Shown here: positions 26,820 through 34,557 of the stretch, piece by piece
Numbering within the stretch: the stretch's first letter is position 1
How the letters are laid out: each line of letters starts with the position of its first letter
From: Candidatus Nanoarchaeia archaeon
GTDB taxonomy: Archaea; Nanobdellota; Nanobdellia; Woesearchaeales; DATDTY01
Assembly: GCA_035290625.1 (NCBI GenBank)
Contig: DATDTY010000015.1
Coordinates: forward strand, 1 to 34,557
Direction of reading: 5' to 3'
Length of the DNA stretch: 34,557 bases
The notes under the pieces: generated by a model
Told to the model about the DNA's origin: nothing
Databases searched by the model: none
What the model saw: the letters and a program-made list of their open reading frames with translations, nothing else
Program-made: the position numbers and the translations under genes

Positions 26820-27881
26820 TTAAGGAGCACTTGCATTCAGGTTAATCCAGTATCCAAACCCAGACGTTGCAGTTGTCAAGGAATTCAGGAAGGCAGGGGC
26901 CTTTGGATCAAAGACTTTCCATTCATTTCCGGCATCAAAAGGATCATAAATCCACGCAGCCAGTGTCTGGTTGGTGTAGTTTCCAAGGAAGGCCTCAATT
27001 GGTTTTCCTGTTGTGAATGGATATCCTATCATGTTCCATCCATTGGCCATATTTAAGGTAAAATTCAAGCTGTCAATGCCAGTCACATTAAGCGTTGTAT
27101 CCTTGCTCATGTTGATCCAGAACCCTTGGCCTCTGTGGATCTCTGTCAAAGAGTTCAGGAAGTCAGGAGCAGCAGGATCAAAGCCCTTCCATTCTGTTCC
27201 TACTGATTGGGCATCGTACAGGTTAATCACATTAAAGTCTCCTATGAGGTTCTTAAAGATGTTTCTTACAGACTCGTTTTCAAGGACAAGAGGTATGGAA
27301 ACAAGGTTCTGTCCCTTCTTTAGGGGGATCTGGAGTGTGGTGAGTGAGACGACGCTAAAGCTTGCCTCTCCAGAATAGATATGGGAAGCTGAGGGGCTGT
27401 CTGCATTCATATCAAGAGTCAGCGTGTGATTGCCTGGCGTAATGCCAAGGAATGTGCTATTCAGCTTTACGTGATAAGAAAGATTCCCCGTATAGCCCTG
27501 GTCAAGGCCATACCCATAGCCAAAGTTTGTGAATTCTAAAGTAGCCTCATCTGTTCCTGAAAGGTTTCCTGTTCCAAAGCTTCCGGTGCTTAAAGGAGTG
27601 ATTTCGATTCCTAGGCAGGGAGTTGTCGGAGTTCCGTTGACTGCAAAGCTGCAGATCGGAGCTGCATCAAGCTCAAGGCTTAAGTCAGTGATTGGAATCC
27701 TTTCATTCGGGTTGATCATAAGGTTCAGGTCTGCCTGGACTTCCTCATCAGGCACATACTCCGGCTTGCTTGTAAAGACAGAAACAGAGACAGCTGTTGC
27801 AAAATTTGGTATAAGATAGATGGCAATCACTAGTATTGTAAGGGTTATACTTAGTAGACTCTGCTTCCCGTTCTTATTCAC
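26820..27881 (-). CDS. Secreted/surface protein with GYGYG motif and L..G.NL.S.P repeats
   Basis: Signal peptide, FGYGYG, and duplicated LKKGQNLVSIP / MANGWNMIGYP...GFWIN / GYWIN. Confidence 0.8.
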   Translation of the reverse strand: MNKNGKQSLLSITLTILVIAIYLIPNFATAVSVSVFTSKPEYVPDEEVQADLNLMINPNERIPITDLSLELDAAPICSFAVNGTPTTPCLGIEITPLSTGSFGTGNLSGTDEATLEFTNFGYGYGLDQGYTGNLSYHVKLNSTFLGITPGNHTLTLDMNADSPSASHIYSGEASFSVVSLTTLQIPLKKGQNLVSIPLVLENESVRNIFKNLIGDFNVINLYDAQSVGTEWKGFDPAAPDFLNSLTEIHRGQGFWINMSKDTTLNVTGIDSLNFTLNMANGWNMIGYPFTTGKPIEAFLGNYTNQTLAAWIYDPFDAGNEWKVFDPKAPAFLNSLTTATSGFGYWINLNASAP

Positions 27882-28032
27882 AGTTCCTCACGCAGATTCT
27901 GCTAAGGAAGCTACTTTATAAAGATTTTGATTGTTGGAGCTATAGGATGTGGGATTTATGTGGAATGAATATATCACTGGAGGATAACAATCCTTAAATA
28001 ACCGTAGGGATACCATTTGCGAAGGGGGAAGC

Positions 28033-28168
28033 ATGGTCAACGTAGACATTGATGATACACTCTATAATGAGATCAAGGAGATTGTAGAGAAAGACAGGCT
28101 GAGCTACTCCTGCATCAGGCACCGGCAAGATGGCCTTTGAGAAGGTATCGGAGGTTAAGAAGGAATGA
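28033..28168 (+). pseudogene. Frameshifted copy of the small RHH gene (copy 1)
   Basis: MVNVDIDDTLYNEIKEIVEKDRLSYSCIRH, then a frameshift; the tail KMAFEKVSEVKKE* in another frame overlaps the next ATG. Confidence 0.7.
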
Positions 28169-28461
28169 ATCCGGAAAGCGCTTTAGTCGTATTTCAGGGA
28201 AAGGGGATCAGAGGGATATGGCACAATAATGAGTGGTATTTCTCAGTGGTGGATGTTATTGCTGCCTTAACAGACAGCCCCACGCCCATGCAATATTGGG
28301 GCAAGGTCAAGGACAGGGAATTTGCAAAGCTTGAGTTGTCCCCAATTTGGGTACAACTGAAGTTGATTTCAGCAGACGGCAAGAAATATGACACTGACTG
28401 CGCAAATACCGAGTCTATGCTCACAAGAATGAAGGCGCCACAAGTTTTATATACTACTTAG
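28165..28461 (+). pseudogene. Truncated Bro-N domain protein
   Basis: IRGIWHNNEWYFSVVDVIAALTDS...QLKLISADGKKYDTDCANTE, then it breaks off before the usual IQSIPSPKAEPFK segment. Confidence 0.75.
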
Positions 28462-28478
28462 TATTACTTAGTTATACC

Positions 28479-28733
28479 ATGGAAGCTGTAAGCTTGAAAT
28501 TAGAAGATTCATTTTTGAAGGACATAGAGAGGTCTATGAAGAGGCATAGATATACGACGAAGACAGAGTTTATCAGAGAAGCAATAAGGGATAAAATGAG
28601 GGGCCTGGAAAAAGAAGAGGCATTATTGAGGGTAAAGGGGCTTTATGGGGCATCAAAAAGGAAGACAACAGATGCAGAGTTACATAGAGCCAGAGAAAAG
28701 GCTTTTAGAGAGCTAGACAAGGAGCTTAGATAA
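28479..28733 (+). CDS. Ribbon-helix-helix (CopG-like) antitoxin-type protein
   Basis: VSLKLEDSFLKDIE...YTTKTEFIREAIRDK. Confidence 0.85.
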   Translation: MEAVSLKLEDSFLKDIERSMKRHRYTTKTEFIREAIRDKMRGLEKEEALLRVKGLYGASKRKTTDAELHRAREKAFRELDKELR

Positions 28734-29133
28734 GGTCTTCTGGCAGTTTAGCAATGGTAATATCTCTTAACTGCATAAAATGAAGGTCTCGGGAGATCAT
28801 TTGCAGATTATTGTCTCTGCATAAAATAGCTTGTAAAGCATCTCCTTCAGGCACATTTCTCTGTTTAGCCGTCTTTTTAGCTTCTTCTTTTTGCTCTCGA
28901 TAGATATGAACTTTCTGGATATTATTTGGCTTGAGCATACTCAAAACAGAGTCTATTTGATCTTGGGTATAATCCAGATCTTTGAATTCTTTAACATTCA
29001 AATCGGAATACCCTATCCTGAGATCTTCGTTAAGTATCTTAAGAATCAATTTTAAAGCTGACCCTCCATTCTTACCCCTTTTCTCATGGAAATCTAACCA
29101 AATTGAGGTGTCAAAATAAAATCCCTCTGTCAT
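28726..29133 (-). CDS. PIN-domain (VapC-like) nuclease
   Basis: FYFDTSIWLD, GDAL and ISRDLHF motifs. Confidence 0.85.
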   Translation of the reverse strand: MTEGFYFDTSIWLDFHEKRGKNGGSALKLILKILNEDLRIGYSDLNVKEFKDLDYTQDQIDSVLSMLKPNNIQKVHIYREQKEEAKKTAKQRNVPEGDALQAILCRDNNLQMISRDLHFMQLRDITIAKLPEDLI

Positions 29134-29269
29134 TTAGATCAGCCACGTATCTCTCCTTATATAATTTGCTGATGAAATTGGTTTTCGTTTTGATTCTTGA
29201 GTGAAGAAAAAAACAACAATCTTTAAATAAACGCATCCATTCCGCATAAGAAATATGTTTGGGGGAAGC

Positions 29270-29371
29270 ATGGTCAACGTAGACATTGACGAGAAGCTTT
29301 ACACTGAGATCAACGAGCTTGTTGGAAAAGACAGGCCGCTCAGATGGTCGTGGCAGAACGGAAAAACTTAA
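29270..29371 (+). pseudogene. Truncated copy of the small RHH gene (copy 2)
   Basis: GGGGGAAGC-ATG, then MVNVDIDEKLYTEINELVGKDR; homology ends just before the MNT promoter. Confidence 0.7.
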
Positions 29372-29373
29372 AT

Positions 29374-29414
29374 ATAACCTAAATAGTGGTTATTATAACC
29401 TAAATAGAGGTTAT
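29374..29414 (+). promoter_or_regulatory. Tandem palindromic operators upstream of MNT-HEPN
   Basis: ATAACCTAAATAG(T/A)GGTTAT twice (29374-29393, 29395-29414), directly after the TATA CTTAAATA. Confidence 0.75.
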
Positions 29415-29418
29415 CTAA

Positions 29419-29919
29419 ATGGGCATCCTTGATTTTTTAAGATCAGACAAGAATACGAGGAAGGTATTCGGGAAGAGGGAATTAAAGATTATTGAGAAGC
29501 AGCTCTACGGAGTTGCCTTAAGCCAGTCAGAGAAAAACAGGCTCTCCCGGGATATACGCAAAAAGCTTGAGTTTATGCGGGAAGCTGCCAGGTTTTCAGA
29601 AGAATTTGAATTAAAGAAGGGAAGCATCATCAAAGACGCAATAGAGGAGGCTAAAGAGGCCATCTTAGCTGAGTCTAACAAGGTCAATGAAATACGGCTC
29701 TACGGCTCTGCAGCAGAGAATACTCTTACGCTCAGGTCAGATATCGATATAAGCGTTGAGTTTTCCGCTATCAGCCTAAAGGAGGCAACGCTGTTCAGGA
29801 AGAGGATTTCCGGAAGGGTCAATCCCCGGATAGACATCCAGGTCTACAATCATCTGCCTGAGAAAATAAGAAAAGAGATCAGGGCTAAAGGCAGGGTGCT
29901 GTATGAGGATAAAAGATAA
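29419..29919 (+). CDS. Minimal nucleotidyltransferase (MNT antitoxin) with N-terminal extension
   Basis: LYGSAA...SDIDISV...IDIQVY. Confidence 0.88.
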   Translation: MGILDFLRSDKNTRKVFGKRELKIIEKQLYGVALSQSEKNRLSRDIRKKLEFMREAARFSEEFELKKGSIIKDAIEEAKEAILAESNKVNEIRLYGSAAENTLTLRSDIDISVEFSAISLKEATLFRKRISGRVNPRIDIQVYNHLPEKIRKEIRAKGRVLYEDKR

Positions 29920-30319
29920 GACAGAAGAGATTGAAGGCTACCTCTCAGAGCTTTCAGAGATCATGCCAAAAAGCCTTGAGGAATACAGCGAATTAAAGAC
30001 AAAAGCTGCATGCGAGCGGTATTTTGAGAAGATTATTGAGGCAACAGTTGATCTGTCTTTTTTGCTGATCAAGGAAAGGCGGCTAAGGCCTGCTGAAGAA
30101 GATAAGGAATCCTTTGATATCATCTCAAAAGAAGGGCTCATCCCTGCTGAACTGGCAGGCAGGCTTAAGGATGCCAAAGGGATGAGAAACATACTTGCCC
30201 ATGAGTATGGAACCGTTGATGATGAAACTGTTTTTCACGCCATAACAGAAGAATTGGCAGGCGATATTAGGGAGTTTATTGCTCATGTTAAGCATAGGGA
30301 AAAGGAAGAGAAAGGATAA
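29903..30319 (+). CDS. HEPN/DUF86 RNase toxin
   Basis: ACERYFEKIIEATVD and GMRNILAHEY (RX4H); overlaps the MNT gene. Confidence 0.9.
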   Translation: MRIKDKTEEIEGYLSELSEIMPKSLEEYSELKTKAACERYFEKIIEATVDLSFLLIKERRLRPAEEDKESFDIISKEGLIPAELAGRLKDAKGMRNILAHEYGTVDDETVFHAITEELAGDIREFIAHVKHREKEEKG

Positions 30320-30340
30320 GACAGGAGAGTTGGGGGAAGC

Positions 30341-30481
30341 ATGGTCAACGTAGACATTGACGAAAAGCTGTATGCTGAGATCAAGGAGATTGTTGAGAAA
30401 GACAGGCTGAACTATCCTTCCATCCGGCATTTCGTGCATAAGGGATTATTGGAGAAGGTGAAGAATGGGGGGAAGGGATGA
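30341..30481 (+). CDS. Small 46-aa RHH-like protein, intact copy 3 (not in the ORF track)
   Basis: MVNVDIDEKLYAEIKEIVEKDRLNYPSIRHFVHKGLLEKVKNGGKG*; GGGGG SD. Confidence 0.75.
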   Translation: MVNVDIDEKLYAEIKEIVEKDRLNYPSIRHFVHKGLLEKVKNGGKG

Positions 30482-30570
30482 ATCCTTGATTAGGCTGCGG
30501 ATCTTGGACAGGCTTTTGAGGGATTTATGCCTTATGGAGGTTGTATGGTGAGGATTTGCGGAGGTCTAGG

Positions 30571-30648
30571 ATGAAGCTGGTGGGTGTTATTCCTGCGTTT
30601 GATGAGGAAGAGCCCGTTGCCATTGCACGTTTATTTTCATTTATTTGA
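30571..30648 (+). pseudogene. Glycosyltransferase family 2 N-terminal remnant
   Basis: GGAGGT SD, then MKLVGVIPAFDEE (GT2 IPAxNEE start), broken at the next operator. Confidence 0.6.
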
Positions 30649-30753
30649 AAATATGAGGTATTATTTATAAATGAAAACAAGTATATTCACTATTTTGAAA
30701 ATAGAAAGATTTAAATATATGAAACAGTTATCTATTTTCACTATTTTGAAAAT
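30633..30753 (+). promoter_or_regulatory. Three palindromic operators upstream of the wHTH-MNT gene
   Basis: AT(T/A)TTCA-N6-TGAAAAT at 30633-30652, 30683-30702 and 30734-30753, around TTTAAATA. Confidence 0.7.
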
Positions 30754-30810
30754 GTATATACCTAGCAAAGTGATTTCGATCATCCTCAAAGATGGAGGTT
30801 TTGGCATAAA

Positions 30811-31437
30811 ATGTTCCTCGAAAACGTGGTAGGATCAAAGGCAAAAGTAAAGATACTCAGGGTTTTATCAGAATCCAGAGCTGCTTTCAGCCTGCAAAAC
30901 CTCAAGAATGAAACCGAGCTGAGCATTGGAATAATCCACAAGGCCCTTGAGGAGTTAGTCGAAGAGGGGATTTTGCTTAAAATCAAAGGAAGCAGAAAAG
31001 AAAGGCTCTTCAAGTTCAATACTGAACATCCTTTCGCCCATGAGGTATTTGAGATTTTCAGAATAGAAAAAACGCGGCAGCGGAAAGAGATTGTATTTTT
31101 ACATACATGGAATGTCCTGGAAAGCGCTGTTGCAAAAATAAAAGAAAATGCCGGCTTAATCATGCTCTTTGGAAGCCAAGCCAGGGGGGATGCAACATTA
31201 CGAAGCGACATTGATTTGCTGATTGTGCCAAAAAATTCCCAGGATGGGATTTTAGATGCGCTGCGTGAGGTAAAATCAGGCAATAAAATAAACGCAACGG
31301 TTATAAGCCTGGAAGCCTTTAAGAACGATGCAAAAAAGGACACGTTATTCCACAAAAACATAAAAAGCGATTCCATCATCCTGCATATCAGTCCTGAGCT
31401 GAAGGAAGAGGTAGCCTCATTTCTGGGGGTCATCTAA
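30811..31437 (+). CDS. wHTH-nucleotidyltransferase (MNT) fusion
   Basis: N-terminal HTH (GSKAKVKILRVL...IHKALEELVEEG); LFGSQARG...SDIDLLIV. Confidence 0.88.
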   Translation: MFLENVVGSKAKVKILRVLSESRAAFSLQNLKNETELSIGIIHKALEELVEEGILLKIKGSRKERLFKFNTEHPFAHEVFEIFRIEKTRQRKEIVFLHTWNVLESAVAKIKENAGLIMLFGSQARGDATLRSDIDLLIVPKNSQDGILDALREVKSGNKINATVISLEAFKNDAKKDTLFHKNIKSDSIILHISPELKEEVASFLGVI

Positions 31438-31908
31438 ATGGATAAAGAATTTGAAGAAAAATGCCTGGGCAGGAGAACGCTCACATTGGAGCCTACGGTA
31501 ACCAACATAGAGGACAACAGGATGGTGCAGCAGCTGTCAAAACAGCATAAAAATAATTCTGAATATTTTCTGGAAGGCACCAAGGCGCTATTGAAATCTT
31601 CTGCCCCATTATTAGCGGTGTTGACAGGCTATTTTGCCATGGAGCACAAGGCAAACCAGATTTTGGCTTTGAAAGGCTATAAAGTCGAAAGCCATATTTG
31701 CGTGCAGATTGCCCTAAGCCGGGTTTTAGGCAGGAGAGCTCTTGCAAAGAAAATAAGCCGGGTTTTTGAATTAAGGCAGAATATCGGCTACCGAATGTTT
31801 TTAGCCCATAGCGAAGAAGAGAGAGAAAATACAGAGAAGATTATTAATGGGGACATTATTCCTTTCATAAGAGAGATTGATGGCCTGATAGAGAAAGAAG
31901 ATTATTAA
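31438..31908 (+). CDS. HEPN-domain protein
   Basis: GYFAMEHKA..ILALKG, SH and LRQNIGY motifs; adjacent to the MNT gene. Confidence 0.75.
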   Translation: MDKEFEEKCLGRRTLTLEPTVTNIEDNRMVQQLSKQHKNNSEYFLEGTKALLKSSAPLLAVLTGYFAMEHKANQILALKGYKVESHICVQIALSRVLGRRALAKKISRVFELRQNIGYRMFLAHSEEERENTEKIINGDIIPFIREIDGLIEKEDY

Positions 31909-31929
31909 AGTTCATGTTGGGGGTTTAGG

Positions 31930-32004
31930 ATGAAATTAGGGGTTATTATCCCTGCACTTCGTGCGCAAAGGATTGACAAGGTGAAGAATGGGGGGAAGGG
32001 ATGA
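31930..32004 (+). pseudogene. Chimeric remnant: GT2 start fused to the 3' end of the RHH gene
   Basis: MKLGVIIPA followed by cacttcgtgcgcaaaggattg...AAGGTGAAGAATGGGGGGAAGGGATGAA; the last 28 nt are identical to 30455-30482. Confidence 0.65.
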
Positions 32005-33167
32005 AAAGCGTCTGCATTATCGGCCTGGGGTATGTGGGCATGCCACTGGCTGAGTTATGCGCTCAGAAAGGGTATGATGTTGTTGGATATGATATTCTCG
32101 AGAAGAAATCCAGGATAAAGACGACTACTGACCCTTCCTGCATCAAAGAGGCTGATATTGTCGTGATGTGCGTTCCCACTCCTGTTGATGAAAGACACAA
32201 TCCTGATTACGGTCCTGTGCAAAAGGCAGCTGAGTCAATTTCAACGTTTATGAAGCAAGGCCAGCTTGTGATCATTGAATCAACCCTGAATCCCGGAGCG
32301 ACTGAAGAGGTCATCAAGCCGATTCTCGATGAGAGCGGAAAGAGGTATAATCTTGCCTATTGCCCTGAAAGGATTGATCCAGGAAACAAGGAATTTACGC
32401 TTACAAAGATACCAAGAGTCATCGGAGGAATTGATGCAGAGAGCTTACAATTGGCAAAGAAATTCTATGCCTCAATCCTCGACTCACCAATCAAAGAGAT
32501 GAGCTCAATCAGGGCAGCAGAGGCAGTCAAGATTGTCGAGAATACATTCAGGGATGTCAATATCGCTTTTGTGAATGAATTGGCTAAAGGCTTTGACAGC
32601 ATCGGCCTTGATGTGATTGAGGTTATCCAAGGAGCGTCAACAAAGCCGTTTTCCTTTATCCCCCATTTCCCTTCCTGCGGAGTTGGAGGCCATTGCATCC
32701 CTGTAGATCCATATTACCTTATCAGGAATCCCGGCAAGAACGGCTTTGACTATAAATTCCTGAAATTAGCGAGGGAGATCAATGAGGGCATGCCTGCGTA
32801 TACGGTGAAAAAGGCACTAGAGGCAATTACGGAAAAAGGAAAAAATGCGAAGGACGTGAAAATCAGCGTTCTTGGCTTGGCGTATAAGGGGAACGTTCCT
32901 GATATCCGCGAGAGCCCTTCCTTCGAGATCATTCATGAGCTGAGGAAGCTGGGGGTTGAGCCTTTGGTTTTTGATCCCCATGTTCCTGAAAAGTCAAACT
33001 GCAGCTTTGAGGAGGCTCTTCGCTCTGATGTCCTGATATTTGCATCAAACCACGATGAGTTCAGGCAGATCGACTTCTCTAAGATGAAAGATAAGATCGT
33101 GATTGACGGAAAGAACTTTTTGAAGATTGAGGATGGCTCGATAACCTATAAGGGGATTGGGAGATGA
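32001..33167 (+). CDS. Nucleotide-sugar dehydrogenase (UDP-GlcNAc/ManNAc dehydrogenase family)
   Basis: GLGYVGMP, CVPTP, EST, CPERIDPG, KIVENTFRDVNIA, GGHCIPVDP and DIRESP motifs. Confidence 0.92.
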   Translation: MKSVCIIGLGYVGMPLAELCAQKGYDVVGYDILEKKSRIKTTTDPSCIKEADIVVMCVPTPVDERHNPDYGPVQKAAESISTFMKQGQLVIIESTLNPGATEEVIKPILDESGKRYNLAYCPERIDPGNKEFTLTKIPRVIGGIDAESLQLAKKFYASILDSPIKEMSSIRAAEAVKIVENTFRDVNIAFVNELAKGFDSIGLDVIEVIQGASTKPFSFIPHFPSCGVGGHCIPVDPYYLIRNPGKNGFDYKFLKLAREINEGMPAYTVKKALEAITEKGKNAKDVKISVLGLAYKGNVPDIRESPSFEIIHELRKLGVEPLVFDPHVPEKSNCSFEEALRSDVLIFASNHDEFRQIDFSKMKDKIVIDGKNFLKIEDGSITYKGIGR

Positions 33168-33234
33168 ATGAATATTCATTATTATTGAATGATTGGGCGG
33201 CTGAGGAAAGCTTGAGGATTTTGGAAAGGACAAG

Positions 33235-34557
33235 ATGAAATTCAAAGAGTCCGAGACCGTTGAATTGAAGAAATCAACCTCTGAACTAAAGGAGGCTGTT
33301 ATTTCGATAGCTTCCATCCTGAACAAGCACCAGAAGGGGGAGCTTTATTTTGGGATAAAGAATGACGGGGCCGTTGTCGGGCAGGAGATTACCGAAAGAA
33401 CGCTCAGGGAAATCTCAAAAGCAATTTCTGACTCCATTGAACCAAAGATCTATCCCTCCGTACAGAAGCTGGATCTCGAGGGAAAAGAATGCGTCAAGGT
33501 TTCTTTTCATGGAGAAGATGCGCCTTATTTCGCTTTTGGCAGGGCCTATATCCGGGTTTCTGATGATGACCGGCGGCTGAGCCCAAAGGAGATTGAGAAT
33601 TACATCTTGAAGAAGAACATGGGGAAACTTCGGTGGGACAGCCAAATATGTGAAAATGCAACATTAGGGGACATTGATGAAAGTGCGATCAGGAGATTCA
33701 TTGAAGCAGCAAAAAAATCAGAAAGGCTTGCCATTAAAAATGAAAAGAAAGGATTAGTCCTTAAAAAGCTCGGCTTAATCAAGGATGGCAAATTGACAAA
33801 TGCAGCAATAATCCTTTTTGGCAAGGAGCCCAAGAAATTCTTCAACAATGCTATAGTTAAATGCGGAAGGTTTAGGGGGGTCACGAAAGAAGGATTTATT
33901 GACATGAAGGATTTTGACGGCAACTTATTTGACAGTTTAGACAAGAGCATATCTTTTTTCCAAGAGCATTTAAGGTTGTCCGCTAAAATTGAAGGGCTTT
34001 ATCGAAAAGAGAGATGGGAAGTCCCGATTGAAGCATTAAGAGAAGCGGTAATTAATGCTTTGATACACAGGGAGTATTTTAGCACAGGGTTTGCTTATAT
34101 CAAGATTTACGATTCTGAAATTGTCATTGCCAATCCCGGAAAGCTTCCTGATAAAATAAAGATCAAGGATTTGTACAAAGAGCACGAATCGGTGCCGAAA
34201 AACCCCTTATTAGCCAAGGTTTTTTATTATACCGGGTTAATTGATGTGTGGGGCAGGGGCATTCTCAATATCATCAAATGGCTTAAAGCGGAAGGGCTTG
34301 ATAAGCCAGCGTTTGAGGAGTCTGCGGGCCATTTCAGGATAATCTTTGAAAGGCCGGCAGGAAAAACTTCGGAGAAAACTTCGGAGAAAACTTCGGAGAA
34401 GATAATTGAACTGATAAAAGCCAACCCGGAGATCAGCGCAAAGGAATTGAGCCAGAAAATTGGGATAAGTTCGAGAGCAATAGAAATGCAGCTTTCCAGC
34501 CTGAAGAAGTCAGGAAAAATAAAAAGAGTCGGCCCGGACAAAGGCGGCCATTGGGAG
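33235..34557 (+). CDS. Schlafen/AlbA_2 + HATPase_c_4 + HTH protein (runs off the window end; absent from the ORF track)
   Basis: ESETVELKKS, GELYFGIKNDG, ALREAVINALIHR, NPG, NPLLA, WGRG and GPDKGGHWE motifs. Confidence 0.88.
   Translation, partial: MKFKESETVELKKSTSELKEAVISIASILNKHQKGELYFGIKNDGAVVGQEITERTLREISKAISDSIEPKIYPSVQKLDLEGKECVKVSFHGEDAPYFAFGRAYIRVSDDDRRLSPKEIENYILKKNMGKLRWDSQICENATLGDIDESAIRRFIEAAKKSERLAIKNEKKGLVLKKLGLIKDGKLTNAAIILFGKEPKKFFNNAIVKCGRFRGVTKEGFIDMKDFDGNLFDSLDKSISFFQEHLRLSAKIEGLYRKERWEVPIEALREAVINALIHREYFSTGFAYIKIYDSEIVIANPGKLPDKIKIKDLYKEHESVPKNPLLAKVFYYTGLIDVWGRGILNIIKWLKAEGLDKPAFEESAGHFRIIFERPAGKTSEKTSEKTSEKIIELIKANPEISAKELSQKIGISSRAIEMQLSSLKKSGKIKRVGPDKGGHWE
34363..34398 (+). 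repeat. In-frame 12-bp tandem repeat x3 (KTSE)
   Basis: AAAACTTCGGAG at 34363, 34375 and 34387, in the linker before the HTH. Confidence 0.9.

Noticed and set aside
34363..34398. Phase-variable repeat
   Set aside because: The 12-bp unit keeps the frame, and short linker repeats before the HTH are common in this protein family.

Overview
Archaeal genomic window, most consistent with a DPANN (Woesearchaeota-like) lineage. This is inferred from TFB, TATA/BRE promoters, a CCA-less tRNA-Ser(GGA), a stand-alone Trm112, a class II ribonucleotide reductase and many small HTH/RHH, MNT-HEPN and PIN genes. Housekeeping genes (metallophosphoesterase, LOG, D-2-hydroxyacid dehydrogenase, SufS, TsaC/YrdC, NrdJ, TFB) are mixed with three accessory blocks: a thiol-redox/metal cluster (5.4-12.6 kb), two secreted surface proteins (22.8-27.9 kb) and a toxin-antitoxin hotspot in front of a nucleotide-sugar dehydrogenase (28-32 kb). 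The strongest unexplained signal is non-coding. Four dispersed intergenic elements of about 160-210 nt (2916-3078, 4685-4892, 12625-12799, 20486-20646) share one secondary-structure scaffold with covarying stems, conserved junction motifs and a large variable central loop. I cannot assign them to a known RNA class. Further long hairpins and short hairpin inserts flanked by duplications of gene starts or a tRNA end suggest an additional micro-insertion process. All product calls come from motif recognition by eye; no searches or folding programs were run.
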